Shown: positions 44,572 through 54,360 of the stretch, in pieces
Layout: every line of letters begins with the position of its first letter
Numbering within the stretch: the first letter of the stretch is position 1
Origin: Candidatus Woesearchaeota archaeon
Lineage (GTDB): Archaea > Nanobdellota > Nanobdellia > Pacearchaeales > GW2011-AR1
DNA: 56,867 bases
Reading direction: 5' to 3'
Assembly (NCBI GenBank): GCA_964362915.1
Contig: CAYIGH010000002.1
Location: 16,757 to 73,623 of the forward strand
Translations under genes and position numbers: made by a program
The notes under the pieces: generated by a model
The model's database searches: none
What the model was told of the DNA's origin: nothing
The model's input: the letters and a program-made list of their open reading frames with translations, nothing else

Positions 44572-45286
44572 ACTTCTTTAAGGCATCGCCTTGTAATCTA
44601 ACAAGATTCTCTCCGTCTGTCTTTACATAAACAACTTCAAAACGCTGAATATCAAAATTTTTCTCCAAAATTTCTTTAAATATCTTAAATGAGAGTTTTA
44701 TTCCTTCTTCGATTATCATGCCTTCTTTATAATCTCTTCTCAATGTCTCTCTAATCTTCTCGTCATTTTCTCCTATAGCATTTGCTTTAAAAGCAGTATA
44801 ATTGCCTGTAACATCTGTTGTGTACAAATGTACTTGCCCCTTATTAACTCCCCCCAGCATAATAGAAACACCATATGGTCTTATACCGCCATATTGAGTT
44901 GACATCTGCTTTCTGTCAGCGATCATTCTGATAACAGTAATGGGTTCTATCGGAGAGTTGTAGGTAACTCTATTTTGTTGAGATAATATCTGCGCCTGAT
45001 CAATTAGAACTCGGGCATCTGATAATATGCCTGCAGCAGTTGCAATAATATGCTCATCAACCTCAAAGATTTTATGGGAAGATTCGCTGGCAATTAATTT
45101 ATCCCTAATTCTTTTATCAGCAATAATCATAATACCATCCTTGCATACAATTCCTATACTTGCACTTCCAAATTTAACGATTTTTTCAGCATATTCCACC
45201 TGTAATAAATGCCCGTCCGGAGAGAACATAGTCGCAGCTCGGTCATAGCCCATTGCTTGGTGTTGTAGTTCTGTTGGCATATCCAT
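44561..45286 (-). CDS. psmA: Proteasome subunit alpha
   Basis: YDRAATMFSPDGHLLQVEYAEK signature. Confidence 0.95.
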   Translation of the reverse strand: MDMPTELQHQAMGYDRAATMFSPDGHLLQVEYAEKIVKFGSASIGIVCKDGIMIIADKRIRDKLIASESSHKIFEVDEHIIATAAGILSDARVLIDQAQILSQQNRVTYNSPIEPITVIRMIADRKQMSTQYGGIRPYGVSIMLGGVNKGQVHLYTTDVTGNYTAFKANAIGENDEKIRETLRRDYKEGMIIEEGIKLSFKIFKEILEKNFDIQRFEVVYVKTDGENLVRLQGDALKKYVK

Positions 45287-45613
45287 ATTAGAAATTACCT
45301 CGATACATTCTTAGAATGTTCCATATTTAAGCTTTACTGAATAATGCCTTTTTAAAGCTTATGAATTCTCTGTCTCTATTTTTTCTCTCTAGCATTCTTT
45401 AACAAGTCATTAATAAAGGTTTTTCCTAACTTATTTAATTAAAATTACCGGGGTGATATAAATGAAACCAACCTAACAACAATGAAAAAAGAAAGAAATA
45501 ACATAACCAGTTTTCTACCTCTTTAGACACCATCTACCTCTTTTCAGTTTCTTTCTTTTTTCTCATTTTTGATTTATAATAATATTTATATAATTACCTA
45601 AGTTCTAGAAAAC

Positions 45614-46285
45614 ATGCCAAAAGTAACAGCAAGAATTAAGATAAAGAACAAACATTATGAAACCCATGTTGACTTAGATGAAGCATTAAAAATAAGAGAG
45701 GGAAAAGGCGATATAGTAACTGCATTAGACTCCCCAAATATTTATTATGATATAAAAAAAGGCACATTAGCTTCTAATACAGATCTTAAAGAGGCATTTG
45801 GAACAACAAATATTCACGAAATAGCCAAAATCATTATAATAAAAGGAGAAGTTCAAAAGACTCAAGAATTCAGAGATGCAGAAAAAGAAAATAAAATTAA
45901 GCAGATAATAGACTTATTGCTAAGGAATGCAGTGGATCAGCATGGCAGACCATTTACAGAAGAAAGACTTAAAACAGCAATACAGCAAGCACATTACAAT
46001 TTTGACAATCGCCCCGCTGAACAGCAGTTAAACCCCCTCGTCCACGAGCTTAAGAAAATAATACCTATAAAAGTATCAACAAAGAAAGTTAAATTAATAA
46101 TACCTGCTAGATTTACAGGCCAGGTTTATGGTATTCTTAAAGACCATAAAGAATCAGAAGATTGGCTTGCAAATGGAGATTTGCAAGTTATCCTTAATAT
46201 CCCTCCCGGAATCTTAATAGATTTTTATGAAAAGCTTAATTCAATTACCCATGGCGCCGCACAGAGCGAAGAAATAGCTGAATAA
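45614..46285 (+). CDS. SBDS-family ribosome maturation protein
   Basis: FYSH-like N-domain (..VTARIKIKNKHYETHVD..) and its position upstream of the exosome genes. Confidence 0.85.
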   Translation: MPKVTARIKIKNKHYETHVDLDEALKIREGKGDIVTALDSPNIYYDIKKGTLASNTDLKEAFGTTNIHEIAKIIIIKGEVQKTQEFRDAEKENKIKQIIDLLLRNAVDQHGRPFTEERLKTAIQQAHYNFDNRPAEQQLNPLVHELKKIIPIKVSTKKVKLIIPARFTGQVYGILKDHKESEDWLANGDLQVILNIPPGILIDFYEKLNSITHGAAQSEEIAE

Positions 46286-46324
46286 TAAAATAATAAATTG
46301 AGGTGATGGAGAATATAGATTAAG

Positions 46325-46798
46325 ATGGAAGTTAAAGAATTTGATGGAGATATAGATAGTAGGAAAGTCAAAACAATTATGAAGCTAACAGATAGAGTAA
46401 AACAATGGTTTGCCAAACCTAAAAATAAAGATACTCCAACTCCTCATTTTGAGGAAAGAAATGGTGTTCTTAGCGTGCATCAAGATTCTGCTGATAATAC
46501 TCGGTATCGAGTTATGTTAAATCCCTCTTTTATTGGGAGTATAGCCTTGCCTTCTGGTCAAAACTTTCTCTCTTCGGAAAATGGCATCGCCGTCCTCCCT
46601 ATGACCATAGATAATAATACCTATGTAATAAATAACTCTATCAGTGGTGCATATCTGTATTTACCTTTTTCTGGAGCTACGGTCTTAGTAGCTAAAGGTG
46701 TTTGGGGAGACTGGTTTCCTAAACAATTTTTTAATTCAAAAATAACTTTTTACACAGGAGCTACTTCTTACCAAAGCCCAAAAAACCAAAAACCTTAA
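46325..46798 (+). CDS. Orphan ORF between SBDS and Rrp4 (157 aa)
   Basis: Intact ORF with no recognisable family. Confidence 0.45.
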   Translation: MEVKEFDGDIDSRKVKTIMKLTDRVKQWFAKPKNKDTPTPHFEERNGVLSVHQDSADNTRYRVMLNPSFIGSIALPSGQNFLSSENGIAVLPMTIDNNTYVINNSISGAYLYLPFSGATVLVAKGVWGDWFPKQFFNSKITFYTGATSYQSPKNQKP

Positions 46799-46887
46799 AA
46801 ACCCCAAAATCCCTAATGTTTTTGAAAAAGTAAAGACAGACATAGAAAAATTACATTATTCTTTTGTCTGAATAAATTACTATTACA

Positions 46888-47601
46888 ATGAGAAATGAAA
46901 TTAATGAGGCACACGAAGCCGCAGATATTGATTCTGATGCTTCTGGCAAAAGAAGAATAGTTGTCCCAGGAGAAGTAATTGCCACAGGCATAGATTTTCT
47001 CCCCGGAGAAGGAACAAAAAGAGACGGCGATAATGTAGTTGCTATGAGATTTGGTCTAGCAGAAGAAGCAGGCAAAGTAATTAGAGTAATTTCTATTTTC
47101 GGCGCATTTATCCCAAGAAGAAATAATGTTGTTATAGGGCGCATAGAAGACATAACTTATAACGGCTGGATAGTTAATATAGATTCTGCCCCCCAAGCAT
47201 TTCTCCCAATAGAAGAGGTTCCGAGATTTATAAATAAAAATGAAATGGATCAGTTTCTCGCAATAGGCGATATAATAGCTGCCAAAATATGGTCTGTAAA
47301 GAATAGAGGCATAGATCTGGCTTTAAAAGGCAAAGGTCTAGGCAAGTTAGAAGGCGGATTCATCTTTAGAATTATTCCAAGCAGAGTTCCAAGAATAATA
47401 GGAAGAGAGGGCTCAATGATTAATTTAATAAAAGAAAAAACAAAATGCAATATAACAGTAGGCCAAAATGGCTGGATATGGATAAGAGGCCCAACAGTAG
47501 AAGACGAGATAAAAGCAAGAAAAGCAATAGAATTTGTTGCAGATAAAGTCTTCATCAATGGCCTAACAGAAAAAGTGGAGGAATGGTTCTCGGAGAATTA
47601 A
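46888..47601 (+). CDS. rrp4: Exosome complex RNA-binding protein Rrp4 (S1 + KH)
   Basis: VVPGEVIA.., S1 block VVIGRIEDITYNGWIVNI, KH block RIIGREGSMINLIKEKT. Confidence 0.9.
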   Translation: MRNEINEAHEAADIDSDASGKRRIVVPGEVIATGIDFLPGEGTKRDGDNVVAMRFGLAEEAGKVIRVISIFGAFIPRRNNVVIGRIEDITYNGWIVNIDSAPQAFLPIEEVPRFINKNEMDQFLAIGDIIAAKIWSVKNRGIDLALKGKGLGKLEGGFIFRIIPSRVPRIIGREGSMINLIKEKTKCNITVGQNGWIWIRGPTVEDEIKARKAIEFVADKVFINGLTEKVEEWFSEN

Positions 47602-47602
47602 A

Positions 47603-47914
47603 ATGATGGGAAAAAGATTAACGTATTACATAGAATCACAAATAGTTGAAATACCAGAATCCAGCCCTGTTAAAGTAGCATGTAGTTTGGCTGACAGATA
47701 TAGTCTAATAATGGGAGAATGGAATTTTTTAGCCAGAGACAATAATAAAGAATGTAGTATTGTAGCGGCAGGTATAGAACAAAACGGTTTGGCCATAGAA
47801 GTAAAGAAATTAGATGGAGATAGATATGATATAAGAACGAATCTCAATGCAATTAACAGTTACCATTTATCGCAATTGGCAAAATCAAAAGAATTAGTGA
47901 GGACTAAAAATTAA
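47603..47914 (+). CDS. Orphan ORF interleaved between Rrp4 and Rrp41 (103 aa)
   Basis: TAA-A-ATG junctions on both sides. ESSPVKVAC resembles GSPVQLCF of 32539-32877. Confidence 0.5.
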   Translation: MMGKRLTYYIESQIVEIPESSPVKVACSLADRYSLIMGEWNFLARDNNKECSIVAAGIEQNGLAIEVKKLDGDRYDIRTNLNAINSYHLSQLAKSKELVRTKN

Positions 47915-47915
47915 A

Positions 47916-48623
47916 ATGGCAAAAGAATTCAAACGTCCTGACGGAAGAAAATTCAATGAACTAAGAAAAATAACTGCAAAAATAGGAGTGGTGCCAAATG
48001 CAGATGGTTCAGCACTTTTTGCTTTTGGAAATACAGTAGCAATCGCAGCAGTTTATGGTCCGAGAAGGCTACATCCACAGCACATGCAGGATCCAGCAAT
48101 AGGAGTTCTAAGATGCAACTATGATTTATTGAGTTTTTCAGTAGATGATAGAAAAAAACCAGGCCCATCAAGGCGTTCTCAAGAAATATCAAAAGTTGCA
48201 GGCTGGGCATTAGAGCCAATCATAGACTTAGAGGCATTTCCTAATACAGTTATAGATGTTCAAATCTATATCTTACAAGCAGATGCAGGAACAAGGACAG
48301 CAGGAATTAATGCTGCATCGATGGCTTTAGCTCATGCAGGCATTCCTATGAAAGATCTCGTTTGTTCAGTCGCAGTAGGTAAGCAAGATAAGGAGTTTAT
48401 AGTAGATTTGACAAAAGAAGAAGAAGACTTTAAGGAAGGAGAAGGGGCCACGGATTTTGCAGTGGCAAAATTAGCTAATTCAGATGAATTCTCTTTGCTT
48501 CAATTAGACGGCAAAATCCGTCCAGAAGAGTTTAAGGAAGTTCTGAATTTAGCATCAGAATCATGTAAAAAAATATACGAGGCTCAAAAAAAGGCATTAA
48601 AGGAGACAATTTCACAAAGTTAA
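47916..48623 (+). CDS. rrp41: Exosome complex exonuclease Rrp41 (RNase PH fold)
   Basis: RPDGRKFNELRKI......ADGSALFAFGNT. Confidence 0.95.
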   Translation: MAKEFKRPDGRKFNELRKITAKIGVVPNADGSALFAFGNTVAIAAVYGPRRLHPQHMQDPAIGVLRCNYDLLSFSVDDRKKPGPSRRSQEISKVAGWALEPIIDLEAFPNTVIDVQIYILQADAGTRTAGINAASMALAHAGIPMKDLVCSVAVGKQDKEFIVDLTKEEEDFKEGEGATDFAVAKLANSDEFSLLQLDGKIRPEEFKEVLNLASESCKKIYEAQKKALKETISQS

Positions 48624-48624
48624 A

Positions 48625-49425
48625 ATGGAAATTTCAAATGTAACCCGGGAATATCTGGAAAAATTATTCAGCCAAGATAAAAGATTTGATGGTAGAAGTT
48701 TACTTGATTTTCGAGATTTAGAATTATCTTATAATGTCTCTAATAAATCAGAGGGAAGTGCAAGAGTAGTGCTTGGGAAGACAGAAGTTATAGTAGGAGT
48801 AAAATTAGCTCCAGGAGAGCCTTATCCAGATTCTCCAGAGGAAGGCAATCTAATATGTTCAGGAGAATTACTGCCTCTAGCATCTCCAAAATTTGAATCA
48901 GGTCCGCCTGGTTTTAAAGCAATAGAATTAGGCAGGCTTGTAGACAGAGCAATTAGAGAATCAGGCATGATAGATTTTTCTAAACTATCAATAGATAAGG
49001 AAAAGGTATGGACAATCTACATAGATATATATCCTATAAATGATGACGGGAATTTGATAGATGCTTCAACAATAGGTGCAGTTGCAGCATTAAAAAATGC
49101 AAAGATGCCTGCAATAGACAAAGAAGGAAAAGTGGATTATGAAATTAAAAAAGGCAGTTTGCCATTATCAAAAGAAACTTTTCCTTTATCTTTAAGTTTC
49201 TACAAGCTTGGAAATTCGATTTTACTAGATCCAACAAGGGAAGAAGAGGAAGCTTGTAATGCCAGAATAACACTTGGAATATCTAAATGGAACAAAAATT
49301 TAATGATCAATTCATGCCAGAAAGCCGGAGAATCCACTTTTAGCCAGGAAGATACGTCAAAAATAGCATCTCTTATTCCTAAAAAATTCGAGGAACTTAA
49401 CGAAAAACTTAAAAAGTTCCTTTAG
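48625..49425 (+). CDS. rrp42: Exosome complex component Rrp42 (RNase PH fold)
   Basis: ..RFDGRSLLDFRDLELS..SEGSARVVLGKTEV.. Confidence 0.9.
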   Translation: MEISNVTREYLEKLFSQDKRFDGRSLLDFRDLELSYNVSNKSEGSARVVLGKTEVIVGVKLAPGEPYPDSPEEGNLICSGELLPLASPKFESGPPGFKAIELGRLVDRAIRESGMIDFSKLSIDKEKVWTIYIDIYPINDDGNLIDASTIGAVAALKNAKMPAIDKEGKVDYEIKKGSLPLSKETFPLSLSFYKLGNSILLDPTREEEEACNARITLGISKWNKNLMINSCQKAGESTFSQEDTSKIASLIPKKFEELNEKLKKFL

Positions 49426-49433
49426 AAGTTTAT

Positions 49434-49823
49434 ATGATGAAGCCCAAAATAAAAGAACAATTTACGAAATATGAAATTGCACGTATTATAGGAGCAAGAG
49501 CATTGCAAATAGCAATGGATGCGCCACTTTTAGTGAAAATATCTAAAGATAAATTAGAAGAGATACGTTATGATGCCCTCAAGATAGCAGAATACGAATT
49601 CGAAGAAGAGGTCTTGCCTATAACTATTCATAGACCAACTCCAAAGAAAGGAAGGGATAAATTAGCAGTTATTAAGGAAGAGGTAGTTAGTGATGAAGAA
49701 TTAGCAGAAAAAGAAAAAGAACTTGAAAAGGAAATAGTTGAAAATCCAGAAGAATACAGCCTCACTCCAGAAGAAGAAGAGATAGAATTAGAGCCAGCCA
49801 ATGGAGCCGAAGAAACGCAGTAA
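49434..49823 (+). CDS. rpoK: DNA-directed RNA polymerase subunit K (Rpo6) with acidic C-terminal extension
   Basis: FTKYEIARIIGARALQIAMDAPLL core, followed by an E-rich tail of about 50 aa. Confidence 0.85.
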   Translation: MMKPKIKEQFTKYEIARIIGARALQIAMDAPLLVKISKDKLEEIRYDALKIAEYEFEEEVLPITIHRPTPKKGRDKLAVIKEEVVSDEELAEKEKELEKEIVENPEEYSLTPEEEEIELEPANGAEETQ

Positions 49824-49857
49824 AAACAATTAAAAACTTCTTTTTCATTTCTAATGA

Positions 49858-51015
49858 ATGAATATAAAAGAGATTCGTGCAAGAAAAATTAAAGACTCAA
49901 GAGACGATTACACAATAGAAGTTTCAGTAAATGGCCAGAAAGCCTCTTCTCCAAGTGGCAAATCAACAGGCAAATATGAAACATCTTGCTATCACAATTC
50001 TATAAAATGGAATATCAAAGCAATTAATTCTCTAAAAATTCCATTTAAAATTTTTACTTTTAACGATTTAAAGAAAGTTGAATTTCTAATCGAAAAAAAA
50101 TTTAATTTAAAAGATCCAAAACAATTCGGAGCAAATGCACTTTTTGCTTTAGAATCAGCAATTTTAAAGGCATTAGCTAAATCACAAAATAAAGAATTAT
50201 GGCAAATAATCAATTTAAATGCTAAAAAAATTCCAGTTCCAGTTGGAAATGCAATAGGAGGAGGCTTACATTCTCATAATAAAGAGCATCCTGAATTCCA
50301 GGAATTCTTATTAATACCGAAAGGGAAAGACATAAAAGAAAACGTAAAAATAATGAATGAAATATATAGAAAATTAAAATCAATCATAAAATCTAATTCA
50401 AAAAATGATGAAGGAGCTTGGCAAACCTCCATACCAAATGAAGAAGTTTTAGAAATATTATCCAAATTTTACAATATAAATATTGGTTTAGATGTAGCTT
50501 CTTCAAGTTTCTATAAAAATGCAGGATATCAATATAAAAATAAGCTATTAAATAGAAAAGCACAGATTCATTATATGAATTCTTTAATCAAAAGATATAA
50601 TATATTTTATTTGGAAGATCCCATTCAAGAAGAAGACTTTAATGGCTTTTCAAGAATAGCATCTAAAAATAGGAGTTCTAGAACATCAGTTCTTGTTGTT
50701 GGAGATGATTTAACTGCCACTCATATCTCTAGATTAAAAAAAGCAATGAAAAATAAATCTATAAATGCAATGATAATAAAGCCAAATCAGAATGGCTCTT
50801 TAATAGAATTGCAGGAAATATTCAATATCTGTAAAAGTAATAATATCAAAACAATTATCTCCCATAGGTCAGCCGAAACACTAGACAATGCATTAGCAGA
50901 CTATGCAGTTGGCTTCCAAGCAGATTTTATAAAATGCGGCATAGCAACAAAGTGGAGGGAAGTTAAGTTGAAGAGATTAATTGAGATAAATAATTACATA
51001 AAAGCTTATAAATAA
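49858..51015 (+). CDS. eno: Enolase (compact, 385 aa)
   Basis: SGKSTGKYE, EFQEFLLIP, YLEDP, VVGDDL, IIKPNQNGS, SHRSAETLD. Confidence 0.85.
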   Translation: MNIKEIRARKIKDSRDDYTIEVSVNGQKASSPSGKSTGKYETSCYHNSIKWNIKAINSLKIPFKIFTFNDLKKVEFLIEKKFNLKDPKQFGANALFALESAILKALAKSQNKELWQIINLNAKKIPVPVGNAIGGGLHSHNKEHPEFQEFLLIPKGKDIKENVKIMNEIYRKLKSIIKSNSKNDEGAWQTSIPNEEVLEILSKFYNINIGLDVASSSFYKNAGYQYKNKLLNRKAQIHYMNSLIKRYNIFYLEDPIQEEDFNGFSRIASKNRSSRTSVLVVGDDLTATHISRLKKAMKNKSINAMIIKPNQNGSLIELQEIFNICKSNNIKTIISHRSAETLDNALADYAVGFQADFIKCGIATKWREVKLKRLIEINNYIKAYK

Positions 51016-51047
51016 TAAAAAATGAAGAATTTTATGGATGTAGTGAT

Positions 51048-51284
51048 ATGATTCCCGGAAAAAAAGAAGAAAAGCTTAAACTATATATTGTACAATATGC
51101 GATTTTGGAAAGCGTTGTGGATTTTGATATTTCAATAGCATCAAATGAAAGAGATGCACTTAAAGAAGCAGCTGAAAATTGGAGCAAAAAATATGATTCT
51201 CACTTTATTAAACCAAGAGTTCTCTCAATTCGTGAGACCATCCATCCAGATTATAACATTAACCTAGAAAGAAAATTAAATTAA
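51048..51284 (+). CDS. Hypothetical small protein (78 aa)
   Basis: ORF only. Confidence 0.35.
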   Translation: MIPGKKEEKLKLYIVQYAILESVVDFDISIASNERDALKEAAENWSKKYDSHFIKPRVLSIRETIHPDYNINLERKLN

Positions 51285-51286
51285 CC

Positions 51287-51817
51287 TCAAATCTCAAACT
51301 CCATCATCTGGCCATTCTCAACTTTCATTTCCCATATTTCCCTATCACTTAGTTTTCTAAAATATCCAGCAGCAATTTTTACAGTCTCTTCATGCGCCAC
51401 TACAACAATAATATTATAATTCATTTTAACAAGATCTTTAATGAAAGAAAGAACTCTCTTCTTTTCATCCAAAAAAGACTCTCCGCCATTTGCTCTTTTA
51501 TGAAAGGGATCTTTTTCCATTGCTTTTTTGTATTCAAAACAAGATCTACCTTCAAATCCTGTCTTTCTCTCATTAATTCTCGCATCAACTTTTATAGGAA
51601 CTTTATGACTTTTATTAATTATGTGGGCAGTTTGTTTTGTTCTCGGCAGTTCAGAAATATAGATAACTTCAATATTTTCATTTTTTAGTCTTTCTCTCGC
51701 ATTTTCCGCCTGTTTTTTACCTAAAGCAGTCAAATAGACCCTCTTTTTCGGGTCATCATTGCACAAATTCTTTACATTATAATTGCTTTGTCCATGTCTT
51801 ATAAAATAAAACTTCAT
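51287..51817 (-). CDS. Histidine phosphatase superfamily protein (phosphoglycerate-mutase-like branch)
   Basis: MKFYFIRHGQSNYN has the catalytic RHG. ..VVAHEETV.. carries the second His. Confidence 0.8.
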   Translation of the reverse strand: MKFYFIRHGQSNYNVKNLCNDDPKKRVYLTALGKKQAENARERLKNENIEVIYISELPRTKQTAHIINKSHKVPIKVDARINERKTGFEGRSCFEYKKAMEKDPFHKRANGGESFLDEKKRVLSFIKDLVKMNYNIIVVVAHEETVKIAAGYFRKLSDREIWEMKVENGQMMEFEI

Positions 51818-51867
51818 GAAATCTTTAAGTAAGAAATCTTTTTAAACCCTTTATCTCTTCTTTTATA

Positions 51868-52866
51868 ATGCCTAAAAGAAAAGCAAAAGAAGATGAATCC
51901 TTAATAGAAAAGGCAGAGAAAGCAGTAAAAAAGACAGCTGGGGAACTATCTAAAGAATTATCAAAAGATATAGAAAAGGTTGTGGAAAAAGCAAAAGAAG
52001 AAGCTGAAGATATTGTAGAATCTGTAAAAGAAAAAGTAGAAGATGTAGTAGAAGCACTTTCTGGAGAAAAAAATAAGAAAGAGAAGAAAAAATCTAAGAA
52101 ACAATTACATAAGGGAGAAATTAAAGAAGAGCTAGAAAAAAAAGATAAAAAATCAAAGTTAGAGGCACTTAGAGAAAAAGCAAAAGAATTAGAAAAAAAA
52201 GTCTCAGAGCCAAAGATAGAATCAGCAGATATAAAACAAAAAGTTCAGGCAGAAGAGGAAAAGATTGATACTTTAGTTTCAATAGAAGATTATCTTAAGT
52301 CATCTATTCATTTAGGAACAAGAGTAATAACGCCTGATATGAGGCCTTATGTATATAAGAGAAGAGCAGACGGACTAGCAGTATTTAACACTGCCCTATT
52401 GGATAAAAAAATAAGAGAATCTTCAGATTTTTTATCAAATTATTCTCCACAAGATGTTTTAGTTGTTTGCAAAAGAGAAGCTGGCTGGAAGGCACTAGAA
52501 TTATTCTCAAAAATAACAGGCATTACTATATTTACAAAAAAATATCCTGCAGGAATACTAACAAATCCCATACTGGATAAATTCAGAGAAGCAGAGCTAG
52601 TTGTTATATGCGACCCCTGGATAGATAAAAATGCATTATATGAGGCTCAAAGAATAAAAATTCCTGTATTGGCAATTTGCGACACAAATAATTACACGCT
52701 AGGCGTCACTCAAATACTTCCAGGAAACAATAAAAGCGCAAAAAGCTTAGGCATGATTTTTTATTTATTGGCAAAATTATATACGGAAAAAAGAAAATTA
52801 GAAGCAGAAATACCTCCAATTTCAGAATGGATTGAAAATTGGGATATACTTGAGCCTCCGAAATAA
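51868..52866 (+). CDS. rps2: 30S ribosomal protein S2 (uS2) with ~135-aa K/E-rich N-terminal extension
   Basis: The core starts near LVSIEDYLKSSIHLGTRV. ..VVICDPWIDKNALYEAQRIKIPVLAICDTN.. Confidence 0.9.
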   Translation: MPKRKAKEDESLIEKAEKAVKKTAGELSKELSKDIEKVVEKAKEEAEDIVESVKEKVEDVVEALSGEKNKKEKKKSKKQLHKGEIKEELEKKDKKSKLEALREKAKELEKKVSEPKIESADIKQKVQAEEEKIDTLVSIEDYLKSSIHLGTRVITPDMRPYVYKRRADGLAVFNTALLDKKIRESSDFLSNYSPQDVLVVCKREAGWKALELFSKITGITIFTKKYPAGILTNPILDKFREAELVVICDPWIDKNALYEAQRIKIPVLAICDTNNYTLGVTQILPGNNKSAKSLGMIFYLLAKLYTEKRKLEAEIPPISEWIENWDILEPPK

Positions 52867-53132
52867 ATTAAATACAAGTCTGTCCCATTTTAAATATGCA
52901 GGATGAAGTAATTACAGTCTATAAAAAGAGAGTGAAATAAAAAAGATAGCGGACAAATTAACAAGACATTATTTTGACGATTTAATTAAAACAGAGCATT
53001 TTGAATATTCAGTCTTAGAAAAAGGAACAGATATTAATTTACTAAAGGAAAAATTCATGGAATTAAAAAGAATAAAAATGATCACAAAAAGAGAACATAA
53101 AACCTCTAGTAAAATATAGATAACTGCGCTAA

Positions 53133-53534
53133 TTATGTGACATAAGTACCAATAAAAAAAGAAGCGACTAGACCATTTGTCCTTTGTATGCTCTGCATTT
53201 TCCGCTTTACCAATTTCTTTAATTCAGCCGTATTTTTTGCTTGATGAGCCTTCAACTTGTATGCCTTTAGATATTCCCATACATGTTCATCAGGATTTAA
53301 ATCAGGGGAATAAGAAGGAAATCTGTATACTGCAATCTTATTTTTATTTGCTTCAACAAAATTATTTACTTTTTTTGACTTATGAACTGGAGAACTATCT
53401 TCTATTACTATCACCTTTCTTTTTGGATGTTGTTTTAGAATATTGGCTAAAAATTCAATATGTTTATCTCCATTTACTTTCTTCTTCTCAATTCTAAATA
53501 TAATTTTTCCTGCAGGACTGATTGCAGAAGTCAT
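53133..53534 (-). pseudogene. IS630/Tc1-mariner family transposase, C-terminal fragment only
   Basis: ..VIVIEDSSPVHKS......FPSYSPDLNPDEHVWEYLK is the second and third part of the DDE/D triad region. The HTH and the first Asp region are absent. Confidence 0.7.
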
Positions 53535-53770
53535 CCGCTATATCCCAGCTGCGACGCAGCAAATTTGCGTGACTCTCCCATCACCGTGTGGAGTAACGTA
53601 AGCCCTTCGGGAGCGCCGGCTGTAAGCCAGAGCCCTGCTGGCACGACGCTTGATTTCCTTATTGCGGTTAAGCGTACCTACTATCTTGAGGCTCTGTCTG
53701 AGGCAGTCAGGGTGCTGAATGTGATTCATCCAAGTCAGTAAAACAGTAAATTGTAGCATTTCCAGGAGAC

Positions 53771-54145
53771 TCACTTCTTCACGAATTCAACTCCAGAAAA
53801 GTCTTCGAACTCCTTGTCTCCTGTTACAAAGGGGTAGCCGTGCTTGATGGCGTAGACATATCCAACAGCATCGAAAAACGAAATGTCTGCCTTTCTATGC
53901 TCATATCGAAACTTTACTGCCTCGATTAAGATAGCTTTATCAACAGGAACTGCATAGGGCTCGAAGATCTGATACCAATACTCTGCTGTCTCCTGATTTT
54001 TATCTCGGAGCAGTACTCCGAAGAACTCTGCCAGCGTAAGGTCTGTCACGACAAAATCAAGTTTAAGGTACTTTGCAAACTTCGAATTGCCTTCTGCTAT
54101 TTCAACTAGGGCATACGTATCCATACACTTTATTATCTCAACCAT
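53771..54145 (-). CDS. vapC: PIN-domain toxin VapC
   Basis: Acidic residues in the usual order: MDTYALVE, LAEF, FFDAVGY, TGDKEF. Confidence 0.8.
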   Translation of the reverse strand: MVEIIKCMDTYALVEIAEGNSKFAKYLKLDFVVTDLTLAEFFGVLLRDKNQETAEYWYQIFEPYAVPVDKAILIEAVKFRYEHRKADISFFDAVGYVYAIKHGYPFVTGDKEFEDFSGVEFVKK

Positions 54146-54360
54146 TTACTCTCTAGTTCTCTTCGCACCTCTTTTAGAATCTGATGTCCTGGCTTGCTAA
54201 ACTTGATTGAACCAAAGAGTTCCTTAAGAGGATGGCCTTTCTTTCGGATTTCAACAACTACTTCCTGATTAGCCTTGAGTCTCATTTGCTCCACAGTCTT
54301 CTTCGGAATTACGATGCCGACAGAATGTCCCCACTGTCGGGTTTTCAGTTCGAGTGCCAT
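54133..54360 (-). CDS. vapB: AbrB/SpoVT/MazE-type antitoxin VapB
   Basis: RQWGHSVGIVIPKKTVEQMRLKANQEVVVEI swapped-hairpin motif. Overlaps vapC by 13 nt. Confidence 0.8.
   Translation of the reverse strand: MALELKTRQWGHSVGIVIPKKTVEQMRLKANQEVVVEIRKKGHPLKELFGSIKFSKPGHQILKEVRRELESKWLR

Noticed and set aside
52925-53119. Open frame reading ..KKIADKLTRHYFDDLIKTEHFEYSVLEKGTDINLLKEKFMELKRIK..
   Set aside because: There is no start codon until 20 codons before the stop. It is probably a gene remnant within the mobile patch and is not annotated as a CDS.
53535-53770. GC-rich structured stretch considered as tRNA, SRP RNA, RNase P RNA or a group II intron 5' end (the minus strand begins GTGAG).
   Set aside because: - No T-loop GTTCRAATC.
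- No GAGGAAAGTCC-type RNase P CR-I.
- No SRP helix-8 motif.
- No recognisable intron domain V.
It is kept only as an unexplained structured or degenerate segment in the findings.
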